From Antedon mediterranea (lineage: Eukaryota > Animalia > Echinodermata), in contig NC_092673.1 in the NCBI RefSeq assembly GCF_964355755.1, positions 18,907,648-18,971,647 on the forward strand: a stretch of DNA of 64,000 nucleotides. The letters run 5' to 3'. The notes below the pieces were generated by a model. That model worked only from the letters and a program-made list of their open reading frames with translations. It did no database searches and was not told the DNA's origin. A program made the translations under genes and the position numbers. Below, piece after piece: positions 14,916 to 24,289 of the stretch; positions within the stretch are counted from its first letter, which is position 1; every line of letters starts with the position of its first letter.

Positions 14916-15541
14916 AGACCCCTTCCCTGCAATTTTGGACGTTTTTTTGAAAATAATACATATATATCACTTTAAAAACATTAAACCATGTCATTCCTTG
15001 TCTTAAATGTACGTTTTATGGTAAATTATGATAAAAAGTGAGAAACAATGCACTACCTAAGTAGCTCGCGGCGATCGACCTCTCGTGGACGGTCTTAGGC
15101 CTAGCCTAGCTAGGCTTAGTTTTGTAGGCCTAGCTGGTAAACATCGGTAACGTACGAACATCGTACGCTACCTATATACCTAGCCTGACGTTGTATAGTT
15201 GCTGCATTAATTGTCTTTCTATTTTTGCCAGACTCCGTTGATACAAATTGGGGAAAACCCGGTATTTTCGCTGAAAAGTTAGGAGTCTTCCATTTGTTTT
15301 GGCCTCACGATCGATCGAAAAGTGGGCGAATTACAGGTGAAAAACAAAAATATCCATCCGCGCGCAATGCATTTTGGGATTTATAGCGGGCCGCTATAAT
15401 TATTAGAATTGACTTATTTTTCACATTTTTAACCGTTTAAAGACGAAAAAAGTTATCGCAATAGGACCATATAGTATTATTTTTACATTAAATATAGTTT
15501 GTGATCTTAAATTAGATCTAAAAAACGTAGGGAATGGGGCT
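14916..15541. mobile_element. Non-autonomous DNA transposon with TTAA target duplication (Kolobok-like AG...CT termini)
   Basis: TTAA|AGACCCCTTCCCT ... AGGGAATGGGGCT|TTAA; imperfect terminal inverted repeats, no ORF. Confidence 0.7.
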
Positions 15542-15826
15542 TTAATCTAAATAATATGCCTCTTAGTTAGTCTTAGTCTTACTCTTAGGCCTAGGGTTGG
15601 TTGCTATTTGAAAACAGCAAATTATTGAAAGAATTTCATTTAGCTTCGATTTTGTATAGATGACAAATTTCGTTTTTGTAAAAGCACAAGTTAACGGAGT
15701 ACTTACTCGAACGTTTCGATCTCTATCAGAGATCCTTCTCAACTGACTGCGGAGTGTTAATGCAGCTTGGTCATTCTTGACGTCATCTGTTGATGACGTT
15801 GTACGCCTCCGGTTGTAGGTTGGAGG

Positions 15827-17833
15827 TTGAGCCCACGATCCATGCCCATTGACGATCTCATAGTAGCGGCTGAAAAAGCGGCTGATCTCGTCCCCCTGGA
15901 AGAACAAGACACCGTTTTCAGTAAAATTGTAGCTATTGTAAAATCTACCACTCTACCACCTTCAAATTTAACCCCCAAAGAACGAAAGGCCATAAACAAC
16001 TTGAAGAAAGATAAATCTATTCTTATTCTCCCAGCGGATAAAGGTAGATCTACTGTCATCCTAAATACTAATGATTACAAAGATAAAGTGGGAACCATGG
16101 TGAGCGACACTAATGTTTACGAACTGCTAAAACGTAATCCAACACAAAACTATAAACGAAAAGTGGTCAACATCATAGGCAGGTTGTTCAAAGAAAAGAA
16201 AATCAACTACAGAGAGAAAGAATGGCTGTTTCCCACGGCTGAAATTGTACCTAGGTTGTATTGTCTTCCGAAGATACATAAACCAAATTGGCCATTAAGA
16301 CCTATAGTAGATAACATCAACACCGTTTTTTACACCGTTGCACAATTCCTCACCAAAATCCTGGGTCCGCTTGTCGGAAACACAGAACATCATGTAACTT
16401 ACTCAGGAGAGTTGGCGAGTGAACTAAAAGAAATAATAGTCAAACCAAGTGAAACATTTGTCTCGTTTGACGTAGTATCTCTGTTTACAAAAACACCAGT
16501 AGAAGAGGCCCTCAAAGTTGTCGAAAATCGCCTAACAACAGATCCGACACTTCTGGATAGAACTAAACTACATGTGACAGACATAATGGAGCTCCTCGGT
16601 TTAATTGTGAACAAAACCTATTTCTCGTTCAATGGTAACATTTATAGGCAAATACAAGGCATTGCTATGGGAAGCCCAATAAGTCCTATATTGGCGAACT
16701 TGTATCTAGAGTGGCTCGAACATCAAGCCATAAACACGGCACCCACTAACATCAAGCCTGTGTATTGGAAACGATACGTTGATGATGTATTAGCTATCAT
16801 CCCCATAGGTACAGTACATACATTTAACACACATCTTAATAACATCGATATAACTGACAATATAAAGTTCACCACAGAATCGATGACAAACAACACAATA
16901 CCTTTCCTGGACATGCTCATCACACTCAATGACAATGGAACAGTTACCACCTCAGTCTATCGGAAGCCCACTCACACAGACCAATATTTACATTTCAACT
17001 CACATCATCCACTCGAACACAAACTGGGGCTTATAAACACGCTTGTGGACAGAGCTGAGAAGGTAGTGGGAGATATGGATTTGAGGAAAGTTGAGATGGA
17101 TAACATCAAGAAAGCGTTACACAACTGCCAGTATCCAGAGTGGTCCTTCCAGAGAGTTATGGAAAACCGAAAAAGAAAAAAGAACAAAGGACACGAACCA
17201 CAGAAGGAAAAGATCAAGATGCGAGGTAGCATAGGAATCCCCTATGTAAAAGGAATGGCAGAAAGAATACGACGCACTCTCTCCTATCACAATGTCGGAA
17301 CCTATTTCCTACCCCAAAATAAAATCAAGAATAGCCTCGTCCACCCAAAAGATAAAATCGAGAAGATGGATACATGTGGAGTAATCTACGAAGTCACCTG
17401 CCGCAACTGTCCACAAGTTTACATTGGGGAAACAGGGAGGGCATTACAAACACGAATTAATGATCACAAAAAAGATGTTACAACAAACACGGGGGGAGTA
17501 ATGACTAGGGCCTCCAGAACATCCACATCTTCGATCATACACAAATCTGCCATTACAGAACATGTCATAAAACACAATCATGTACCGAACTGGGAGGCTA
17601 CCATCTTAACCAAAGAGCCTAAACGCAAAGACAGACAGATTAGAGAATCATTACATATAAGGAGAAATAAAGAGAAGACCATGAACCGGGACACTGGAGC
17701 CCACGAACTCTCGCATTTGTACAATGATTTGATAGACACATCACCTGGCCGAGCCCCGCACAACCTCCAACCTACAACCGGAGGCGTACAACGTCATCAA
17801 CAGATGACGTCAAGAATGACCAAGCTGCATTAA
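15827..17833 (+). CDS. Penelope-like reverse transcriptase with GIY-YIG endonuclease; N-terminally truncated but otherwise open (668 aa)
   Basis: PADKG, LPKIHK..PLRPIV, SFDVVSLFT, GIAMGSPISP, RYVDD, PFLD, YRKPTHTDQYL; C-terminal GVIYEVTCRNCPQVYIGETGR...R..H endonuclease motif. Confidence 0.95.
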   Translation: MSPRSMPIDDLIVAAEKAADLVPLEEQDTVFSKIVAIVKSTTLPPSNLTPKERKAINNLKKDKSILILPADKGRSTVILNTNDYKDKVGTMVSDTNVYELLKRNPTQNYKRKVVNIIGRLFKEKKINYREKEWLFPTAEIVPRLYCLPKIHKPNWPLRPIVDNINTVFYTVAQFLTKILGPLVGNTEHHVTYSGELASELKEIIVKPSETFVSFDVVSLFTKTPVEEALKVVENRLTTDPTLLDRTKLHVTDIMELLGLIVNKTYFSFNGNIYRQIQGIAMGSPISPILANLYLEWLEHQAINTAPTNIKPVYWKRYVDDVLAIIPIGTVHTFNTHLNNIDITDNIKFTTESMTNNTIPFLDMLITLNDNGTVTTSVYRKPTHTDQYLHFNSHHPLEHKLGLINTLVDRAEKVVGDMDLRKVEMDNIKKALHNCQYPEWSFQRVMENRKRKKNKGHEPQKEKIKMRGSIGIPYVKGMAERIRRTLSYHNVGTYFLPQNKIKNSLVHPKDKIEKMDTCGVIYEVTCRNCPQVYIGETGRALQTRINDHKKDVTTNTGGVMTRASRTSTSSIIHKSAITEHVIKHNHVPNWEATILTKEPKRKDRQIRESLHIRRNKEKTMNRDTGAHELSHLYNDLIDTSPGRAPHNLQPTTGGVQRHQQMTSRMTKLH

Positions 17834-17840
17834 CACTCCG

Positions 17841-17885
17841 CAGTCAGTTGAGAAGGATCTCTGATAGAGATCGAAACGTTCGAGT
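17841..17885 (+). ncRNA. Hammerhead-like motif in the Penelope pseudo-LTR; mirror copy at about 15705-15749 on the minus strand
   Basis: TTGAGAA (U3/A8 covariant core), G, perfect hairpin GATCTCT-GAT-AGAGATC, GAAACGTT; stem I pairing is weak. Confidence 0.5.
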
Positions 17886-18367
17886 AAGTACTCCGTTAAC
17901 TTGTGCTTTTACAAAAACGAAATTTGTCATCTAAGCAAATTATTAGCAGTAAAATGTTACAGCATTTTTATTGACAAAATATATTAAAATTAAACGTGTA
18001 TTTCAATAATAAATGCATTAAAAGAAGACGCATTCCACTGAGGTTTTAACCATCTATTGTTGTTGCTCTTTTGGCGCTCCATAGAAACGAAAATATTGAA
18101 CTTCGAGTATGCTAAATTCGCGGCGAACGGTATGCGAGAAACATGTCTGTAAAATCATCAATTTAAGGATTTATTTGTTACTTTTTATGTGATTCTTCTT
18201 CATAAAAGTACTTATGTGGCCCAATTTTAAGGTGTGGTATTCACAATAAGTTGCTTAACAATTTGGAGTCAAAAGGAAGTTGAAATAAAAACAGGTGCGA
18301 AACGGAACTAGCGCCGGCTAGCCTAGCTAGTACTACACTAGGCCTAGTACTAGGCCTAGTAGTAGTG

Positions 18368-19750
18368 GGAAACAGACGATCGGGACCACGGACGATCGGG
18401 CCCATTGTAAGACTATCAGGCCCATTGTAAGACTATCAGGCCCAAAGCGTGAGACGATCGGGCCCAAAGCGTGAGACGATCGGGCCCAACAATGTTTTAA
18501 GACGATCGGGACCAGAAACGATCGGGACCAGGGACCAGAGTCTAGAGACAATCGGGCCCAACAAACAAGACGATCGGGCACGTCTTATTTTGGTCGCAAT
18601 TAAACCAACTTTTGGAATTTTTTATGGCGCGCGTCAGTATAGCTATGCATTTATTATCATATCTGTCATGTTTTTTATTTCGATTGGGTTTTATTGAGTC
18701 GCGCCATTTTGTATTTGCCGCACTAAATACATTTTCGTGATTATTATGCACTTGTCAATTGTATGACGCACTATACGACCCCCGGAAGAGGTAATCATTT
18801 TAATATAATGTTATGTGTGGTAGGAGATGAGACGAGTAAACCTTCCTGTGCGCCTCTTGTTCTTCAGCACGTGATTTTGTTTACCGTGACAATCCAGGGA
18901 TTCCCCTTAAAATAAAACGTAGCATGTTACGGAATAAACATCAAAGCAGTAACAGTTGCCTGCCAAACGTGGAAACGTTTGGATTTATAATATTTTCACT
19001 AAATAAGGTTCTCTGTCATTATAATTTCAGTAAATTAAAAGCAAATAAAAAGTTTGTATGGTTTGTACAGTAAATTAACATCTGGTTAATTTCTGCATGT
19101 ACACTTTTGTGGGTAAATCGTATTCTCATATCCATAGTGTCAATATGCTACGGTAGATTCGTCTTTCCTCAATCAACAGTATTATTTTATAATATTGGTT
19201 TTTAAAACATGTACTCTGGTATTCAACTTGTATTGTAGGCGTATTATTGGTAATAAATACGGTACTCTGTTACTGATTATAAACTATTTTAACTAATATT
19301 TCAGATTTTTTTTTCAGGAACAACATTTTTTACAATGATTTTCAGCCCACATTCACAAACATCTTGCAACCTGTAAAATAGATTGAAAACAAACATTATA
19401 TACATTAGGCCTAAATTAACATTCATCCTTACGTAACAAATATTGACCAATTACAACCGCAAAAGCGTATCAGCGACGCTCCATACTGAATACCAGATGT
19501 TGATGTTTATCGGAACCAAAATAAAACATGATCGATTTTACCATATCGAACACAAGACTATCGGGCCCTGCGCTAAGACGATCGGGCCCAGCGAATGAGA
19601 CGATCAGGACCAAAATGGTTCCTAACACATGAGACGATCGGGCCAACGCATGAGACGATCGGGCCCAACGCTGAAGACGATTGGGACCACATTTTCTGGG
19701 CCTGATCATCTTGGGCTCGATCGTCCATGGTCCCGATCATCTGATAACCC
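18368..19750. mobile_element. Non-autonomous element with terminal inverted repeats and subterminal AGACGATCGGGCCC arrays
   Basis: CAGACGATCGGGACCACGGACGATCGGGCCCA near 18373 vs TGGGCTCGATCGTCCATGGTCCCGATCATCTG ending at 19743; motif clusters at 18373-18580 and 19555-19690. Confidence 0.7.
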
Positions 19751-19768
19751 TATCAGATGCTACAAGAA

Positions 19769-20438
19769 CCCGGGGGGGGGTCACTCTTAAATATTTTCAT
19801 ACGGGGAGGTGCCGCATTTACGGGTATATTTTCGAGGGCCTGGTAGCACAAGTGTGGGAAATTATGGAGAGTTGGTAGCACAAGTGTGGGAAATGACAGG
19901 GTGAAATTAGTAGTTTAAGTCCCTGGCCTGCTCACCCGTGTCAAAACGTCACGATTTATCGCCAAATTTTGCAGGTATTTTAGCATAATGGATGCTATAA
20001 GCCCGGCTATATTAAGCCCATCGCTAAATACCTTTGAATAGGCCTAGAGTTTTCGCATCAGCAGAAAGAACACGAAACATAGCCTAGGACAAAATCATTC
20101 AACTGTGACCACTCTTGACTCTTGATATCGTCGCCATGTACCGCGCGGACGAGCGATAAACTTGTCAATTTGTCAAAACACGTTCGTGATTTTGCCATGA
20201 ACGGTCTCTTTGGCCGGCCATGCGCAGATCATGCCGGGAACCAGTACAAATATTGCCCCCTCTATGGCGTGGCCTTGTTTTTGCCGTCTTTTTAGAGAAA
20301 ACTGGTTTTTTATTTGGTAAATGGTAGTTCAAGTCCGTAGTATTTTTCAGTAAAACAGGTAGCGCAAGTGCCTCATGTCTTGAAGTGGCTGCTCCACCCC
20401 CCCGTTTGGTTAATATACAAGTGACCCCCCCCCCCGGG
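19769..20438. mobile_element. MITE with CCC-polyG-TCACT terminal inverted repeats and an 8-bp target duplication
   Basis: TACAAGAA|CCCGGGGGGGGGTCACT ... AGTGAC(C)nGGG|TCCAAGAA (duplication matches 7/8). Confidence 0.8.
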
Positions 20439-20616
20439 TCCAAGAACAAAGGAAAATTGTTTAATGTTACTGTATTAATAAGATTTTGAAGGGCACGTCT
20501 GTAATTTCATATCCTACTCATGAAAATTTATCTGATTTTTTCTATATTTTTGATAAGATTGCTAAAATACGAAATGAACTTTCCAAAACGCACTGTTCTT
20601 TACCTCCGCCAATTAT

Positions 20617-20870
20617 TGGAGAGTGATGGTGTAATGGTAATATTGGACTAGCATGTGATAGGCATGGGTTCGAGGTTATCTATACCATACTAATTGCATC
20701 CTTAGGCAAGGTGCTTTACTCTCAGTGCCTCATCCTTTGGATGGGATGTAAAGCCGTTGGTCCCGTGTACTTAACAGTGCACGTTAAAGAACTTGGTACA
20801 CTATTCGAAAAGAGTAAGAGATCGTCTCCCGGTGTGCTGATCTAGTAGGCGCTGCACTGCTGGCTGGCCT
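20617..20870 (+). mobile_element. tRNA-derived SINE with a Deu-domain-like core
   Basis: A-box-like TGGTGTAATGG and B-box GGTTCGA, then TCCTTAGGCAAGG and GGATGGGATGTAAAGCCGTTGGTCC...GTTAAAGAA...AAGAGTAAG...CCCGGTGT resembling the DeuSINE core. Confidence 0.6.
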
Positions 20871-21024
20871 ACCAGAAGTTTTAAGTTATTTTATTATGTT
20901 ATTTTTTGTAAGGTGCCAGAAAATGCACCAGATTCAGTTATCTTAGCGTTAACCAGAAGTTATTGTTTTATTTTACAGCATGACCACCCGGGCACCGGCC
21001 CTGGCCTTATAAAATCGGGGGAAG

Positions 21025-21323
21025 TGTAGTGAAATACCCCTCCGCTTAATGGTTCGGTCCACCGAGTGACCCGAGGTCATGTGTGCCGTCCCGGAGAGAC
21101 CTGCGCTTGGACGACATAGGATACACACGGAATATAGACACCGCACATCGGAAGTACACTGAGTGTTTTACCGTGTTCGATATCAAGACAAGAGACAGCA
21201 TACCGTAGTATTTACTGTTGACAAAGGTTGGGTGATGAACTCCCAGGAGACCAGCCCACAACGACAGGTAAGCCACACACTACTTTCTGCTAGTCTGATT
21301 ATATTCTCGGCCGTTTTACAACA
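21025..21323 (+). repeat. Gypsy LTR, 299 bp
   Basis: Starts TGTAGTGAAA and ends TTTTACAACA (8/10 inverted match, TG...CA); directly followed by the PBS. Confidence 0.75.
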
Positions 21324-21324
21324 T

Positions 21325-21338
21325 TGGCGCTGCGAGCA
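21325..21338 (+). promoter_or_regulatory. Primer-binding site, probably tRNA-Ser
   Basis: TGGCGCTGCGAGCA is complementary to ...TGCTCGCAGCG-CCA, resembling the 3' end of metazoan tRNA-Ser(CGA); one base after the LTR end. Confidence 0.7.
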
Positions 21339-22050
21339 AAAACGTAAGCGATTAACGCCAAGTTAATTAGTTTTGGCATAGAGTTCGTTCCCACACCTGT
21401 GGGGCGACAACGGTTCAAATTTCCCGCTGCATTTTCACAATTCCGCACGGTGTAGACTCACCGCGATTAGTGAATTTAATAAAGTGCACGGATTTTTGTT
21501 CGACTCTGTAGGCGCTACTTGCACTGCGTTATTGTTTTTGTAACGTAACTTCATCAAGTGAAACCCATTGAGAAGTTAGACTTACAATACAGAAGAATTA
21601 TAAATTGAGTATTGTTTTGTTGTGGTTCTGTTGATATAGTAAAAAGGTGAACTATAGTAGAAAGAGTTATTTCAGTTGTTTTTAGTTCAAACGTTGTGGA
21701 AACTGATTCAACGGGCGACTCCTCCATTGTGTGTTCTTTTGAGTTCCTAAGACACCTGTGGGCGGATTCCGCACATTCCATTAGTCTCATTTGCATATCG
21801 TTTTGTGTTTAGCAACTGTGATACATTTAATTTACTTTTGTCTTTCAGAAATAGAGTTTATTTTGAAACTTTTGTTTATTACGATATTTTACCATTACAT
21901 TTTACGTATACTCTTTGTAAATTGGGATACATTTCCTGTGGGGTAGAATAGGTATAATCAGCAGTCAATATATACAATTTGAATCCCTATTGATATAACA
22001 CTCTGGTTTGACCTTGAATTGTTATTTAGAGTGCATTTGAGTACATAAAT

Positions 22051-22656
22051 ATGCCTCCAAAAGCCAGACTGATATCTATAAATTTCTGCGACGTTACAGA
22101 CTTACTCCTGGTGCCTGGTATAGGTGCTGCACGTGCTCAGAAATTATTAGACTGGAGAGGTCGTTATGGGAATATCACCCCGGTTAACATTGGGGATATA
22201 AAGGGTTTGGGGAAAACCAAATTTTCCAGATGGTTCGACTTCACCCCAAATCCTAAGCGGGGAGGGATTATCACCACAATGAACGCTGTGACATACTTAG
22301 TGGATGCACGGAACGAAACTAGGGCGGCCAGTTTAAATCCCGCGGGGGACGGGGACTCCACGGTTCACCGTGAGCCTCGGGGAGATGAACGGGACCGATC
22401 GTACTTCCCTGCCAACCCGGGACCGGGACACGAATTTAGATCCCCTACACTCCCGGATGTCCCCTTACGTTCCGAGGTTGGGGGAGACCGCCCTCTTTGC
22501 GATGGCAATGGTGCACCATTTAACCCGTTTGTAGGTAGCCCGGAGGGAGTTGTCCCATCCCATATGCCCGGTCAATACTCCTATGTGGATTCTTGGGGGA
22601 ACCGGAATATCGGGACACCACCCCTCCTACACTTTCATCTCACGGTACACGGGTAA
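22051..22656 (+). CDS. ORF at the start of the gag region with a ComEA-like double helix-hairpin-helix; out of frame with downstream gag
   Basis: ISINFCDVTDLLLVPGIGAARAQKLLDWRGRYG...IKGLGK fits the HhH pattern (ININ....L..LPGIG...A..I...R...G, second hhGhG); true ATG; overlaps ORF 22593. Confidence 0.75.
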   Translation: MPPKARLISINFCDVTDLLLVPGIGAARAQKLLDWRGRYGNITPVNIGDIKGLGKTKFSRWFDFTPNPKRGGIITTMNAVTYLVDARNETRAASLNPAGDGDSTVHREPRGDERDRSYFPANPGPGHEFRSPTLPDVPLRSEVGGDRPLCDGNGAPFNPFVGSPEGVVPSHMPGQYSYVDSWGNRNIGTPPLLHFHLTVHG

Positions 22657-24104
22657 CATCTACTGTTAGTCCTGGAATTACGCCTGTGTATTCTAGGGCC
22701 CAGGCTACTCCTCAGGCTGAACAGAATGTGAGGGGTAACACTCCCGCGGTTACTGCTAGCACCACGTCAGCGTATACCCGGCCGCACACTCCCGTTTCTC
22801 ATAGGCCCCAATACTATAATAACAGAGGGGGTCACCCACCAGCAAGGCCGTCATCTAGAGAGGTACCTCAGAGACGCCAGGTTGATTGGGCGTATGGAAA
22901 CAATGACCGTATGTATTACGGTGGCAGCGAGAGTGAGGGAGAAAATGCCCAACCATCATTTCACACCGACCACGATGAATTCTTAGCGTCTTTCAGAGAG
23001 TTCTTACGGTTCACCGAGCGTAGGGCTCCTAGACGACAACAACAACAACAACCACATTTTAGGTCAAAAGACATTCCTAAAAATCTGTCGTTTAGCGGGA
23101 GGGACAATTGGGTTTTATTTAAGCAGCGGTTCCTCAACTATGCTGACGAATATGGCCTCAGCGATAGGGGAATGCGCGACGCTTTTCAATGGTGCGTTAC
23201 AGGTATTGCGGCTGATTACTTCATTAACCTAACTCATATGAACCAAGATTTATCTTTCAGGCATATTATAGGGGCTTTCGACGAGCGCTTCAAGGCTGAG
23301 GAATTACCTAAGGTCTTGCAAGTGAAGTTGGAGGCGGCCAGTCAACAGGAAGGTGAATCCATTGAAGATTGGAGCGACAGAGTACTCACCCTAACGAGGA
23401 AAGCTTTCTGTGAACTTCCTAAAGACTGGATTCATCGGAGAGCAGTCGTGAAATTTTGCTTGGGTTGTCCCGATGCCGAGGCCGGTCAGTATATTCTACA
23501 CCAGAATCATACTACTTTGGTGAGAGCACTGGCAGCCTACGAAAAATACATTGGTTTTAGGGAACTTTGCAATCGAGGAAGAAAGGGGCGACCGAGGGAG
23601 CAGGTGAGGCCGCACGTGCGATTTGCAACTGTGCCTGACCACCGGCATCACCGGTCGCCGCCCTCGTATACAATAGAGTCTTCTGAGAGTGGGGAGGAGG
23701 TAGAGGTTCGGCAGGTTGGAAAGGGTTGGACTCGCCCGGCGAGCCTCGAGAAACCTGTTGTTCCTGGGCCTGCGGACAGGAAGGATCAATACGATCGCAA
23801 GGGTCCTCCACGGCCGACTCCACCTCGCACCGAGACCAGGATGAAAGCGGTCGAACGACAAGTGGGGCAGTTGAACACGAACGTCGACCAGTTGACGACC
23901 AACGTCGGCCATTTGATGACCAGGTTCGACAGTCTATTAACGGCCTTGCATCCAACACCACCATCGCCGGGTAGACGGTACTCAACCTCGCCCCCGAGAG
24001 TGTGTTTTGAGTGTCGAGAACCGGGTCATTTCAGAAAGGACTGTCCTAAGTTAGCCCGACAAGTTCGACAGATGGAGTCGGAAGGTGACCAGTCGTCAAA
24101 CTAG
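22593..24104 (+). CDS. gag: Gypsy gag (capsid-like region and zinc knuckle)
   Basis: FSGRDNWVLFKQRF and QQEGESIEDW capsid motifs, coiled coil, CFECREPGHFRKDC (CX2CX4HX4C). Confidence 0.9.
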   Translation: MGEPEYRDTTPPTLSSHGTRVTSTVSPGITPVYSRAQATPQAEQNVRGNTPAVTASTTSAYTRPHTPVSHRPQYYNNRGGHPPARPSSREVPQRRQVDWAYGNNDRMYYGGSESEGENAQPSFHTDHDEFLASFREFLRFTERRAPRRQQQQQPHFRSKDIPKNLSFSGRDNWVLFKQRFLNYADEYGLSDRGMRDAFQWCVTGIAADYFINLTHMNQDLSFRHIIGAFDERFKAEELPKVLQVKLEAASQQEGESIEDWSDRVLTLTRKAFCELPKDWIHRRAVVKFCLGCPDAEAGQYILHQNHTTLVRALAAYEKYIGFRELCNRGRKGRPREQVRPHVRFATVPDHRHHRSPPSYTIESSESGEEVEVRQVGKGWTRPASLEKPVVPGPADRKDQYDRKGPPRPTPPRTETRMKAVERQVGQLNTNVDQLTTNVGHLMTRFDSLLTALHPTPPSPGRRYSTSPPRVCFECREPGHFRKDCPKLARQVRQMESEGDQSSN

Positions 24105-24289
24105 ACCAGGTTGGAAGCCGTCCGGGCTCAGGTCTTGTAACAGGTAACAGAGGTAAGTATAAGGGTAGTAAGAATAATGGTAAGGATAATAAGAGTATTG
24201 ACAATCCCCGTGATAATGGTGATAAAATTAATAGAAATATTAGTCACATTAACACGGGTCAAGATAATACTAATAATTCTTTCATTACT

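Larger units (their letters stand above)
15627..17933 (+). mobile_element. 5'-truncated Penelope-like retroelement with an inverted 5' pseudo-LTR copy
   Basis: 15657-15829 is the reverse complement of 17761-17933; flanked by an 11-bp direct repeat AGCAAATTATT (15616-15626 and 17934-17944); contains an RT plus GIY-YIG ORF. Confidence 0.92.
14466..18326. mobile_element. Foldback/MITE-like DNA element with ~360-bp imperfect inverted arms (14466-~14830 and ~17945-18326), interrupted by two nested insertions
   Basis: CTAGGCTAGCCGGCGCTAGTTCCGTTTCGCACCTGT at 14466 is the exact reverse complement of the sequence ending at 18326; similarity continues inward (TTTCTATGGAGCGCCAAAAGAGCA / TGCTCTTTTGGCGCTCCATAGAAA). 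Confidence 0.85.

Noticed and set aside
15563-16059. Minus-strand ORFs, one ending in the same peptide as the Penelope ORF
   Set aside because: Explained by the inverted pseudo-LTR copy
18896-18906. NF-kB-like GGGATTCCCC, and ISRE-like GAAACTGAAA near 31437
   Set aside because: Short isolated motifs expected by chance; the first is inside a transposon and far from any supported promoter
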